A program made the position numbers and the translations under genes. Source: Phoronis australis (lineage: Eukaryota; Animalia; Phoronida). Taken from it: a stretch of DNA of 36,784 bases. Where the stretch lies: positions 1-36,784 of the forward strand of contig NMRA01000968.1 in assembly GCA_002633005.1 (NCBI GenBank), read 5' to 3'. A model generated the notes under the pieces. That model did no database searches. It saw nothing but the letters and a program-made list of their open reading frames with translations, and had not been told where the DNA came from. Position 1 is the first letter of the stretch, and each line of letters opens with the position of its first letter. This document shows positions 12,901 through 23,937 of this stretch, piece after piece.

Positions 12901-15900
12901 CTTTGCAAAACAAGGAACCCTGAATGTGCTGGTATGAAATTCCAGTCTGTCAATTTCACAAACGATGCATAGTTGCCGACATTTTTCTTTTATCATTAAT
13001 CAGATGCATGCAGGAATAAATCATGTGCACATTTTAACAAAAAGATTTCCTGTTGCACCAAAGTGTGAACTAAAAATATACTGGCTTGCAAATTTTGAAG
13101 CAATTGACAGGCAAATTCATACAAATTTGTCCACCTTGGTTGCAACTTGGGAGAGTCTAGTATTTGACACACCGAACGAGGTGACAACCCCAGCCAAACA
13201 GCCATTCTGTCTGTTGGGTAAAAATCCTGTTAAGGTGCCTTTAACTTATCTTATGATAAGCTTAATAGGAAATCCACTAGACCCAAAAATGAATCAGGTA
13301 TTGAATTTCAACTTAAATAAAGAGGTAATCATTTCATCATGGGACATTATCACCTGGCTTAAGGCAAACAATGACATACATGTACATACCCTAGAACAAC
13401 TGGGCAACTAAAAAAGACCACTGACTCGATTTTTCAAAAAAACAAAATACATAACACAAACTACAGCCAAAAATTGATGCTCTTTTTTATCCAATTTTCA
13501 TCATTTTGATCACGTCCTTTGAGAAATTAGGTGATAAGCGACATGAATGAGCTGGGCACTCTGGATAACAAGGACATGGTATTATCATGAGCCACATGGA
13601 CATTGTAGAACAATGCACTTGGCATCATGCAACAGTTTAAGATATCCAACTGATAAGATTTAATAAGTTACGCAACTCAGCCCTGGACTAAAAGTTCCAT
13701 GATAGTGCCATAGCCTCAAGATGGAAGCTTGGTGTCATACTCCCACTTCCCAATTGCTGGAAAAAGGTTTAGCCGAGTAATAATGAGCACATCCCAGTCT
13801 AAAAATAATACATTTGAACTAGTCTCAGTAACCATATTCGTAGAAACTTTGAACTTTTTTGCACATGTTGTACTAATTACTATCAAAATTTGTTGAATGT
13901 GTGGACTGTAAGACCAAATTTTTGACCTAAATCTGAAGACACTCTTCATGAAACAAAACCATGGACCAACGTCAGAATAAGTAAAACTTACACTCTGATA
14001 GACAGTGATACTCCTGAACAGCACCTTTGCGAGCAAACAGAAACGAGTACTTCGGAGCAGTAAAATGCAACACTCTTCCAAAAATGCAAGACTCTAGTCA
14101 ACTTGAATGGGTAAAACATGGTTTCATATAAACACTACGTCTGCTGGGCACAACTTTTTGAACAAGAGCAACGCAGAGCGTTGAAATGCGCCCACAATTG
14201 CACCGCATACGGTATCCTTCTAGGGTTGTTTATTGGTACCATAAAGTGGCCAGTAGAGGGCATATATGTAGTATGTTCTACATTGCAAAATGGAAAGGCA
14301 TGGTCCTTGTCTCCTCAATAGGCTAGGGGCAAAATGTGAGTAATGTTCATAATACAAGCACATCCTATACACCAGTTGCTTAAAGCACCACAGAAACATA
14401 GAATTAAAAACAAATTTACCAACATACGAGATTAGCACAGCATTAGAATGCCAGAAACAAATTTCTACTTGGAACTTTTCCTTCACAGTCACGAAGTAAC
14501 ACAAAGTATACACCTGAAGACCTATGAAAATACAGAGGTCAATGTAAAATNNNNNNNNNNNNNNNNNNNNNNNNNNNNNNNNNNNNNNNNNNNNNNNNNN
14601 NNNNNNNNNNNNNNNNNNNNNNNNNNNNNNNNNNNNNNNNNNNNNNNNNNNNNNNNNNNNNNNNNNNNNNNNNNNNNNNNNNNNNNNNNNNNNNNNNNNN
14701 NNNNNNNNNNNNNNNNNNNNNNNNNNNNNNNNNNNNNNNNNNNNNNNNNNNNNNNNNNNNNNNNNNNNNNNNNNNNNNNNNNNNNNNNNNNNNNNNNNNN
14801 NNNNNNNNNNNNNNNNNNNNNNNNNNNNNNNNNNNNNNNNNNNNNNNNNNNNNNNNNNNNNNNNNNNNNNNNNNNNNNNNNNNNNNNNNNNNNNNNNNNN
14901 NNNNNNNNNNNNNNNNNNNNNNNNNNNNNNNNNNNNNNNNNNNNNNNNNNNNNNNNNNNNNNNNNNNNNNNNNNNNNNNNNNNNNNNNNNNNNNNNNNNN
15001 NNNNNNNNNNNNNNNNNNNNNNNNNNNNNNNNNNNNNNNNNNNNNNNNNNNNNNNNNNNNNNNNNNNNNNNNNNNNNNNNNNNNNNNNNNNNNNNNNNNN
15101 NNNNNNNNNNNNNNNNNNNNNNNNNNNNNNNNNNNNNNNNNNNNTTCAGGACTTTTGAAGATACAAAGGTAAGCGTAAAAAACTAAAATTGCCACTAGGG
15201 GGCACACCGGTAGTCGGATCCGTCCAAAAGTTCGCACATGCCGTCCCATTCATGAATGGAACATATGTGCCAAATTTCATGAACGTATGTCAAAGGGTTT
15301 TGGAGATAGAGCAGCGGACGCCGGACGCCAGACGCCGGACGCCGGACGCCGGACGGACGCCGCCCGGACGGACGGACGGACGGACAGAGATGACGGCATA
15401 ATGCGTCCACATATAAATATGTGGGCGCATAAAAATGGCACTTTTTATCAACAGGTGCACCCAAAGGACACAGGTTCAATCCTGGTCAAGAATATCCCTG
15501 AATGGATGAACAGGATTAAGTACCAGACAAGTCATAATCACCCTTTAACGCAACGTCCCAAGCTAACACTATCCGGTGCTCCAACATATAGTACGCACCG
15601 TGCTGTGCACGGCTACACTAAAACCATTCATACATTTGTCGCCCAAGTCAACTTTCACTACTAAGTGGAGATGATATATCATCCTTTTTGTCTCAGCTCA
15701 AAAGTGTGTTAGCAAACCAATTAAACCTTTTGAAAATTAGGTCAATTTCGCAATGCATTTACTGTACCTGCGCGAAATAAGGCAAATCCAACACGATAGA
15801 TTCCTATTGGAACATTTGCTCATAAGGCTGCAACCAGAATGAAAATGTATGGCCTAATCCATGGTACCTTGCAAGTTATGTCAATAGATTAACATGTAAT

Positions 15901-17484
15901 GAATCTCACCTCATATGACTCCTCATCTCCAGCAACAAGCCCGACCGTCTTGATGAAGGGATGTCCAGGGTTGTCTACACCAGTCTGAATGCAGTGATCC
16001 AGATTCACACCATTAGGGGTCACTTTGTCCCTCAGTTTGCCATAGATCTACAGAGAGAAGGCAGATTCAATAATCTTTATGCTTACAACACCGAATGAAT
16101 AATGATGTTCCTCACCACCATTTCACACAAAAATTAAAAGAGCAAAAATTGCATTTTTTATTTTGCAAAGGCTGATTATGTCAATACAACAAACATTAGA
16201 AACCTTTTTCAAACAATTAAACAGCTGAATAATGATGACCACGCACTAAACAGTTTTTATATAATTCTTGTGTTTGTTGATAATTTTGAAATAAAATAAA
16301 TTTTCGCTTGTCCCCAATACTGTGTGTTAATTAGCTGAATAATTACCAAATTATCTACCTCCTTCCATCCTTGCAAGTACGTACTTTCAGAACACTTTGT
16401 TATAGTGCGCAATTTTCCAAATTGGTACGTGTACAAGATACATAAACTCCTGTCCACACACAGCCTACCCTAGTACAACTTGCACTAGTGCAACTTACCC
16501 CACTTTTTAGTGGAAAGTCCACACACACACATATCCGACAACTAGGGTAAGGCAGACGTTGTTGCTCTATGCATGCTAACGAAGAGCTGCTGAGACTATG
16601 GTGCACAAAAGAAGACTCGTCTGTTTGTAACCGCAGACGGTAGCTATACTTCAGCCATGTCCCAGGTTTGCAGCCACATAACAATAATTACAAATGGTGC
16701 AAATTACCCTAGAACAAGTCACTCTACCTCATTAAGGTGCAGTAACAAGAGGGTGAAGTTGCACTATAGTTTAAATAGCATCTACACAGCCTTGAAACTT
16801 AGAGCAATAAGTCATTCCAGCAGTAATGTGTTCTAGAGTAAGTCTGCGTGTGGATGGAACTTAAGATCCATTCAGGAATTACTTCCTACAGTACATGAAA
16901 TTGACCAGCTTTGACAGACTTATTGTAAAACATGAGGCACTTAAATGGCTTGTTGTCACAATCAAATAAATAAAATTAAGTTTTGGGCGCTGCTGGTCAA
17001 TAAAGATTACACGATTACCAAGCATGATCCACATAAACTATTTCAATGGACTTCGTAGTTCCTGTGGCGAAGACAGTTGACATATTTCATTATTTAACTT
17101 AACTGCCCACCAAACTACATAAGCCTGGTGAGTAAAACCAGCTGCTGGAAATAAATGGATTCGATAAGGAAACCAAAACGCCTTTATACAAGAAAAATAA
17201 AGCTCAGATATGCATGCACGCATACACAAATACACGCACACACACACAACGCAGTCTATACTCACGGCTGGTGTCATCTGATTTGCCATGCAGTTATTAT
17301 GCTTGGACAGATCAGGGTAGTTACAACTGGCTGGATACTTGAGATGTCCCGTACTTGACCAGTTACGTGCATGCTGCGGATTGTTGGACGAGTACAGGAG
17401 GGCAGCACCAGTGCCTGCACCCAAGATGGCCGCCGCAGCTGCCGCACGTCCGGGAGTCAGGAGTTTACCAGCAAAACTTGCCAT
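6886..17484 (-). CDS. CKMT: Mitochondrial creatine kinase precursor, complete spliced CDS, 9 coding exons (219,138,93,222,86,124,135,126,99 nt), 413 aa
   Basis: Exons join in frame with GT-AG boundaries. Phosphagen kinase motifs [56 protein letters not shown] are present. PFI, EERH and GGVD are creatine-type specificity residues. N-terminal presequence, RGWEFMWN and basic C-terminus EKRKK indicate the mitochondrial isoform. Confidence 0.95.
7681..8270. repeat. 44-bp minisatellite (GACTGAGTGGTACATGTATATCAAATATTGTACACCGGTGAATA), about 13-14 units, in CKMT intron 8
   Basis: Units start at 7681, 7725, 7769, 7813, 7857, 7901, followed by variant units. Confidence 0.95.
8498..8623 (-). CDS. CKMT: CKMT coding exon 8 ([42 protein letters not shown])
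   Basis: ctctcag acceptor, GAG|GTATGG donor. Confidence 0.95.
9051..9185 (-). CDS. CKMT: CKMT coding exon 7 ([45 protein letters not shown])
   Basis: ttgcag acceptor, CAG|GTGAGT donor; active-site CPSNLGT signature. Confidence 0.96.
9876..9999 (-). CDS. CKMT: CKMT coding exon 6 ([41 protein letters not shown])
   Basis: cgcag acceptor in phase 2 completes TGG; CAG|GTAGGC donor; NEED catalytic box. Confidence 0.95.
10233..10318 (-). CDS. CKMT: CKMT coding exon 5 ([29 protein letters not shown]); this frame is missing from the ORF track
   Basis: Manual translation; ctgcag acceptor, TG|GTAAGA donor (phase 2). Confidence 0.95.
11376..11597 (-). CDS. CKMT: CKMT coding exon 4 ([20 protein letters not shown]...EQDQLIE)
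   Basis: aacag acceptor, GAG|GTAAGT donor; SSRVRTGR motif. Confidence 0.95.
12568..12660 (-). CDS. CKMT: CKMT coding exon 3 ([31 protein letters not shown])
   Basis: tttcag acceptor, AAG|GTGAAC donor, phase 0/0. Confidence 0.95.
14162..15433 (-). mobile_element. Non-autonomous Helentron-type element (HINE/DINE-1-like), family A, spans the N-gap
   Basis: Subterminal inverted repeats ATGCGCCCAC (14186-14195) and GTGGGCGCAT (15421-15430); short hairpin CAACGC-AGA-GCGTTG (14169-14183); hairpin 15401-15430; (GGAC)n/(GGACGCC)n microsatellite about 15315-15385; A-run flanks with no TSD. Confidence 0.8.
14551..15144. other. Assembly gap (594 N)
   Basis: N run. Confidence 1.
15910..16047 (-). CDS. 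CKMT: CKMT coding exon 2 ([13 protein letters not shown]...[24 protein letters not shown]); missing from the ORF track
   Basis: Manual translation; ctgtag acceptor, GAG|GTGAGA donor; contains the guanidino-specificity loop. Confidence 0.95.
16445..16864. mobile_element. MITE, possibly PIF/Harbinger-like, copy 1
   Basis: Imperfect TIRs tccacacacagcctaccctag / ctagagtaagtctgcgtgtgga; homologous along its length to 20874-21236. Confidence 0.65.
17266..17484 (-). CDS. CKMT: CKMT coding exon 1 (MASFAGKLL...[18 protein letters not shown]), includes targeting presequence
   Basis: ATG at 17484-17482; acceptor ttccag before 17510 implies an upstream non-coding exon; donor GCC|GTGAGT; conserved YPDLSKHNN motif. 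Confidence 0.93.
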
Positions 17485-18044
17485 GTTTGAAGTCACGAGT
17501 GCCGTCTAGTCTGGAAATGTAAAAGAAGTTTATTGATTTTTGACACCAATACAGTGTAGTATAGACCAGCAGGACAGCAAAAAATTTGCAACAAGAGGGA
17601 AGAAAGTGGGTAGTGGAAAATGGCAGGGTACGTGGGCCCAAATAAAGTGGTGACATATGTAGGGCATGCGGATTTTAACGAAGTTGCTCTCATAAAGTTT
17701 ACGATAGAGCTACAGCATTGAGAACAGACCTGACACTGACTGGCAGTAGATATCTTATATATGGTAGAGATAGAATTCCCGTAGAAAAATTGTGGTGAGA
17801 GCGAGACATTCACATTTAAAACGAACGTGATAACATGGTAAAATCTTACCAATTCGGGACACAAAGATGTCTGATTGCTTAAATTTTATTATCTTATTTT
17901 TCATTGCGCATGGTTTACCATAGTCAATGTTAGTACTTCCATCTCATGACATTTTGAAAACTATAAATCTGGGCGTTTAAACTAACTAAGAAGACCAATA
18001 TGAACAATGAGAAAAGGGCAAGTCTGGCATTGGTGAGATTTACC

Positions 18045-18392
18045 TTAAAATGGAACTTGCCTGCTAATTCCTTATCTCTGTGATTGCTTGCATGGTCAAA
18101 TTAGCTAGAAACACAATATATAGCAAGGATGTGAATATGTAGTAGGCCTACCTTGAAAATTGCCAAATAACTTAAATGATCTGCGGTAAATCACTGACTC
18201 ACTCAACCGTCTTCAGTAAGTATCGTGACGTAGTGTTGGGGAATTAAACACGTGCTGCATGATAAAGACTTATATGTGAGCCCCATTAGCGCAAACGTTG
18301 CCTATTTTCAGATTTTTTTTCAAAGTTGCAAGTTACCAATGAATACAACTGCAGTTTGTTTAGCCTAGATGATGTTCAAATAGTGCTGTCGA
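18045..18392 (+). repeat. Old dispersed repeat, copy 1 of 3
   Basis: Collinear blocks ttgaaaatt.ccaaat, tcactga, gtatcgtgacgt.gtg.tggggaat, ctgca.tttgtttag, atgtt.aaatag are shared with 31720-31980 and 35716-36060. Confidence 0.65.
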
Positions 18393-19138
18393 TTAGTTCC
18401 CGTTATACATTAGCATACTAGGAGCATGCAAATACATTTTTAAAGCATAATTACCTTCACCTGATGGTAATCATTTACGCTGCTAACATTTTGCTGCGCA
18501 CAAATTGTTCTAAGACCAAAACTGCAACTCATAAACACTTAAACAAGTCAAAAGCAAAACTATGCTGTATAATTTGATGGTCCGTCAGTTCTTAAGCAAA
18601 GACAAGCAAAACAACCTCCATGCAAAATCATCTGGTTGACCACAAGCAGAAGGCTTAAGAGTCATTACCAGCAATTCGTAAACTAGGTCATCCGCCAGGT
18701 TCTCTGCGTAAACTAGGTCATCGCTTATGGACCAGTTAGCGCTTCACTCTCCGCGTGTCTACTGGAGAGAAGCACCAGGAAGGTTGTTCTACATATTGTA
18801 GCCCAAAATTACCAAAGTTCAAATATATTCCGTTAAAAAGGAAAGACAAAACATATTATTACAGATGTCTGGCCAATATCATGAGTCACTACTCGTAAGC
18901 AAATCAAAGCTGTCCTTACTCCTTGCCTTATCTCACACTACCTCAATTGACTAGTTTTCAGTTCGCAATGCAACAATACAATTCTCATAAATTCAACCCC
19001 TTTCAATTTTAAACCATGCCCGAAGTACTTGGAAACAAATTATTGTTAGGTACAACAAGGTTTTTTTCTCTGAAGTGGATCGTAAACACCTCAGGTGAGT
19101 TTTCCGCACACTAGCTACTATGCGGGCTTAGAGGTGAA

Positions 19139-19757
19139 TTTTAGCTCCCATACTATGGGCCGAGCCGGTCAAGGGCCAATCCCTGTTGTACGCACTACTT
19201 AGAGCATTGGAATCAAACTGTTATATATAGAGAAAATGTTGATTAGTATACTGGTGTGATTATTATCAGTGATTTAACCAAAAACTTCGAATTAACTAGA
19301 CCCACTAATGATAGTCTATGATGATAAACTGATATCAAAAGGCCAAAATTGGCAATTTTCGGCCACCCCATGTTAAATACAAAATTTTGTCTAATTTTCT
19401 TCAAACTCCTACATTTCAATCTTGATTATACTGACATCTGTTGGGTCTATCGGCAACTAACCGCACATGAAAAGCTTGGTCGAAAATTATCGTTTTCTCA
19501 CATGTACTTTCGGGTTTTTAGTAGCGATTCCACTGATCGAAGCGACAAAATAAGCCAAAACTTTGGCCATACCATGTTAAACTTATTTTTTTTTCCAATT
19601 TTGCTGAAACTTGGCCACGTTTTTAACAAACTACTTATCTATGTTATGTGCTATCGGCAAATGTGATTGATTCATAAATAAGACCCTCACGCTGTTTTCT
19701 GCGAATCCCATGTATCCTGAAGGGGGCTAACTGAGTGATTTTCGCTCACGCGCAGTT
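19139..19757 (+). mobile_element. Second HINE-like element (family B)
   Basis: Starts TTTTAGCTCCCATACTATGGG; inverted partner GGGGGCTAA (19722-19730) is followed by hairpin TGAGTG-ATTTT-CGCTCA; internal degenerate repeats with ~204-bp offset (ccatgttaaa at 19368 and 19572). Confidence 0.55.
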
Positions 19758-20873
19758 CACGGTTTCAATATTGCTGGTAATGTTTAACTTTCACTGTGTT
19801 GCTGACAGGGCATTCTTCAAATTCAACAGTTCTCCACATGAAGATGGAATAGTGATCAGTCCTCAAATCACCTAATCAGCCACAGCAATGTACCCTAAGC
19901 ACTACAGCAGAAGCCTAGACCCAGGTTTACTGTTGTTTCGGAACAAACCTGCAGGTGCCAGCACTGATTGAAAGCTAGGGATGATAATGATCAAGATCAA
20001 TAGACACTTTACACAAATTGATTCAAACTGATTAAAATTCAAATGCAAGAGAGAATTAAAACAACATTTCTAGCTCACCAGTCTGTCTGTAGAGCCTGTG
20101 CAGCAAGTCAACCTACGCCAGCAAAGTAACGCTATCTTGAACAAAACTAACATAAAAGGCCTATAGAATTTTTGCAAACATTCAAGATAAAACAGTCTGT
20201 GGTAAACTGCAGTTACTTGAATGAATTGCTCAACATTTGGAATGGAGTTTATTTGAATAGGCAACAATAACTGGTTTGAACATGCTGAATAGGAATAAAC
20301 AAAATCTTTACTGAGTACTACTTTTGTTGAGTCAATACATTAGTGTTATGGCTGTTAAGAAAATCCCCATAATTTAAAGACCCAGGCATACACTACAAAC
20401 AATAATTTCAAAGTAATCTAATGCAGTATGATTGGTCAGTTCTAGTTTGCTCTACAACAGGCAAACCTGTAACCAAGACACCAAAATGCATACCAAAGGA
20501 ATTAGTAAAATCTGTATTTCAATTACAGTGGGGTAAAAAATTTCTAGTTTGGAACATTTATTTGCTTGAACCAAATTTTAGAAAAAGGCTACATTGCTCA
20601 TCAATTAGGATCAATAGCAAAGGATCATTCACCTGACCATAAGGGCCCATGAAAGTATTGAGTTAGAGGCTATTTTCCACAAGTTCATAAACTGCTAAAT
20701 CTATTTTCAGCCTCTGACTGTTAATCATACAAACCACAATGCATTCCAGGCTACCCTACTCAAAACCCATAGGGGGCAATGAAATAATTATGTTCTCAGC
20801 CTAGATCATAAACCCCTTGCTTAGCTATGTTCACTTACACCTGCAGGCCAACTATTTTATGACTACTGCGTCC

Positions 20874-21236
20874 TCCTCCAAATACAGCCTACCTTAGAAC
20901 AACATGCAACTTACCCATTTTTACGTGGCGCGTCAACACACAAGCACACACACATATTCGATAACTAGGGTAAGGCGAAAGTTAACGCGAATATGGAGAG
21001 CGAAATAAGACAGGTCTGTATAATCGCCTTGCCTCATATTTGTGGCCACACAGTGATTAGTGGCACAAGTTATCCCAGAACAAGTTAACCTACCTCGATA
21101 AGGTAGATTAAGTTGCCACAACTGGTGTAAGTTGCACTCTAGAGTTTAAATAGCGTCGACACAGCCTTCAAACCTAGCGTCAACTTGTTCCAGGAGTAAC
21201 TTGTCCTAGGGTAGGTCTGTGTGTGGATGGCACTAA
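20874..21236. mobile_element. MITE, same family, copy 2 (right part repeated at 22655-22854 within the duplication)
   Basis: Shares aactagggtaaggc, gtttaaatagc, acacagcctt and ctagggtaggtctgtgtgtggatggcac-TAA with copy 1. Confidence 0.65.
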
Positions 21237-23937
21237 AGAGCAGAGTTCACAAACAAATTCACTGACAATTGCATGTTAACATCAAAAGGCCTGTGGTATG
21301 TGTAGGACAACCCATGGTTTATGCCCTTCCACTAGTTACCCCCTCCAAGCCCAAAATGGATCAATATTTGAGAGATAAGGTCAGAACAGCAAAATTGCCC
21401 TTATCACAGTTTTCGGAATCTTGAGACCATTTAACATTGACTTCAGCTTCCCAGCTGCTTCATAGTTTAGAGACTCCTACACAGAAGTTTTTTAACCAAA
21501 GATTAAAGAACTGCAACCACGTAAATATGACATTTATTTTAGACTGCAGCAGAAAAACAAAGTGGTCAGATTATTCAAGTGAAGTCTTAACAGCTAGGTT
21601 TTCCCAAGTGTCCCTCAAGTCATTCAGTACTCATGATCACCATAATGGCATTTTCAAGTCAAAAAATGGTTCAAAGATAAATTTGAAGCCACGCCCACAC
21701 ATTATCTCATATCTTAAACTTTCATTGCCATATACGTCAAAAATGATCAAGTCAGTCAGATAAGGCCCGCAGAAGTTACAAAATATTACATGTCATACTT
21801 TCAAGTAGTAATTTTTCCCATATGAAATTAATTATTACCAAAAGGCTTCCCCGTTTTATTCCACATAAAGTTGCTTGATAAACAAAGTTTGGATTAAAGT
21901 GTCTCATAAGTTGAGCAGGAGCAGGGTACTGCAAGCATCAGAATCAACCAATCACAGACTGAGAATCTCATTTCCACTCTGAGTACCTGAGGCAAAATGC
22001 AGATAACCTGTCTACCACGTGTACCACAGTAAAGAATTCGTGGCTAGGTAGTTTGGCTCAATACTGAAGATGCCGAGCTACTAAAAACTCGAAGGAGGCA
22101 TAAAAATGTGTTTGCATTCGAAACATGCATAGAGTAGTGTTAGACTGTTCCACAGATTTGGAAATCAAAGTTCTGAAGATGAAGTAGTATAGAAAACACG
22201 TAAATTTTATAAATATTTTAGGAATATGATATAAGAAAACTGGTTTACACTAAAATTCACACTGCATAGATATTTACTAATAGAAAAAAGCCAAAGTCGA
22301 GCAGTATCATAACAAACACTCTAACATTGNNNNNNNNNNNNNNNNNNNNNNNNNNNNNNNNNNNNNNNNNNNNNNNNNNNNNNNNNNNNNNNNNNNNNNN
22401 NNNNNNNNNNNNNNNNNNNNNNNNNNNNNNNNNNNNNNNNNNNNNNNNNNNNNNNNNNNNNNNNNNNNNNNNNNNNNNNNNNNNNNNNNNNNNNNNNNNN
22501 NNNNNNNNNNNNNNNNNNNNNNNNNNNNNNNNNNNNNNNNNNNNNNNNNNNNNNNNNNNNNNNNNNNNNNNNNNNNNNNNNNNNNNNNNNNNNNNNNNNN
22601 NNNNNNNNNNNNNNNNNNNNNNNNNNNNNNNNNNNNNNNNNNNNNNNNNNNNNNTATTTGTGGCCACACAGTGATTAGTGGCATAAGTTATCCCAGAACA
22701 AGTTAACCTACCTCGATAAGGTAGATTAAGTCGCCACAACTGGTGTAAGTTGCACTCTAGAGTTTAAATAGCGTCGACACAGCCTTCAAACCTAGCGTCA
22801 ACTTGTTCCAGGAGTAACTTGTCCTACGGTAGGTCTGTGTGTGGATGGCACTAAAGAGCAGAGTTCTCAAACAAATTCACTGACAATTGCATGTTAACTT
22901 CAAAAGGCCTGTGGTATGTGTAGGACAACCCATAATTTATGCCCTTCCACTACTAGTTACCCCCTCCAAGCCCAAAATGGATCAATATTTGAGAGATAAG
23001 GTCAGAACAGCAAAATTGCCCTTATCACAGTTTTCGGAATCTTGAGACCATTTAACATTGACTTCAGCTTCCCAGCTTCATAGTTTAGAGACTCCTACAC
23101 AGAAGATTTTTAACCAAAGATTAATGAACTGCAACCACGTAAATATGACATTTGTTTTAGACTGCAGCAGAAAAACAAAGTGGTCAGATTATTCAAGTCT
23201 TTAACAGCTAGGTTTTCGCAAGTGTCCCTCAAGTCATTCAGTACTCATGATCACCATAATGGCATTCTCAAGTCAAAAAATGGTTCAAAGATAAATTTGA
23301 AGCCACGCCCACACTTTATCTCATATCTTAAACTTTCATTGCCATATACGTCAAAAATGATCAAGTCAGTCAGATAAGGCCCGCAGAAGTTACAAAATAT
23401 TGCATGTCATACTTTCAAGTAGTAATTTTTCTCATATGAAATTAATTATCACCAAAAGGCTTCCCCGTTTTAATCCACATAAAGTTGCATGATAAACAAA
23501 GTTTGGATTAAAGTGTCTCATAAGTTGAGGAGGAGCAGGGTACTGCAAGCATCAGAATCAACCAATCACAGACTGAGAATCTAATTTCCACTCTGAGTAC
23601 CTGAGGTAAAATGCAGATTACCTGTCTACCACGTGTACCACAGTAAAGAATTCATGGCTAGGTAGTTTGGCTCAATACTGAAGATGCCGAGCTACTAAAA
23701 ACTGGAAGGAGGCATAAAAATGTGTTTGCATTCGAAACATGCAGAGAGTAGTGTTAGACTGTTCCACAGATTTGGAAATCAAAGTTCTGAAGATGAAGTA
23801 GTATAGAAAACACGTAAATTTTATAAATATTTTAGGAATATGATATAAGAAAACTGGTTTACACTAAAATTCACACTGCATAGATATTTAGAAAAAAGCC
23901 AAAGTTGAGCAGTATCAGTTCAAACACTCTAACATTG
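21037..23937. repeat. Near-identical direct duplication: 21037-22329 vs 22655-23937, flanking an N-gap, probably uncollapsed haplotypes
   Basis: Both inner breakpoints coincide with the gap edges (22330-22654). Confidence 0.92.
22330..22654. other. Assembly gap (325 N)
   Basis: N run. Confidence 1.

Noticed and set aside
11690-13685. CAGGGCTAAG ... CTCAGCCCTG as TIRs of a hAT element enclosing CKMT exon 3
   Set aside because: No TSD (tgcatgac vs gactaaaa), the match is short, and it would enclose an ancestral exon; more likely unrelated remnants.
12965-14081. Intronic ORFs of 148 aa and 121 aa as nested genes or transposase fragments
   Set aside because: No recognisable motifs; composition fits AT-rich non-coding DNA.
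14448-15249. Long ORFs of 236 aa (also those at 22257-22739)
   Set aside because: Artefacts of translating through N runs.
15189-15664. ORFs with RTPDA/RTDG repeats
   Set aside because: Translations of the HINE (GGAC)n microsatellite.
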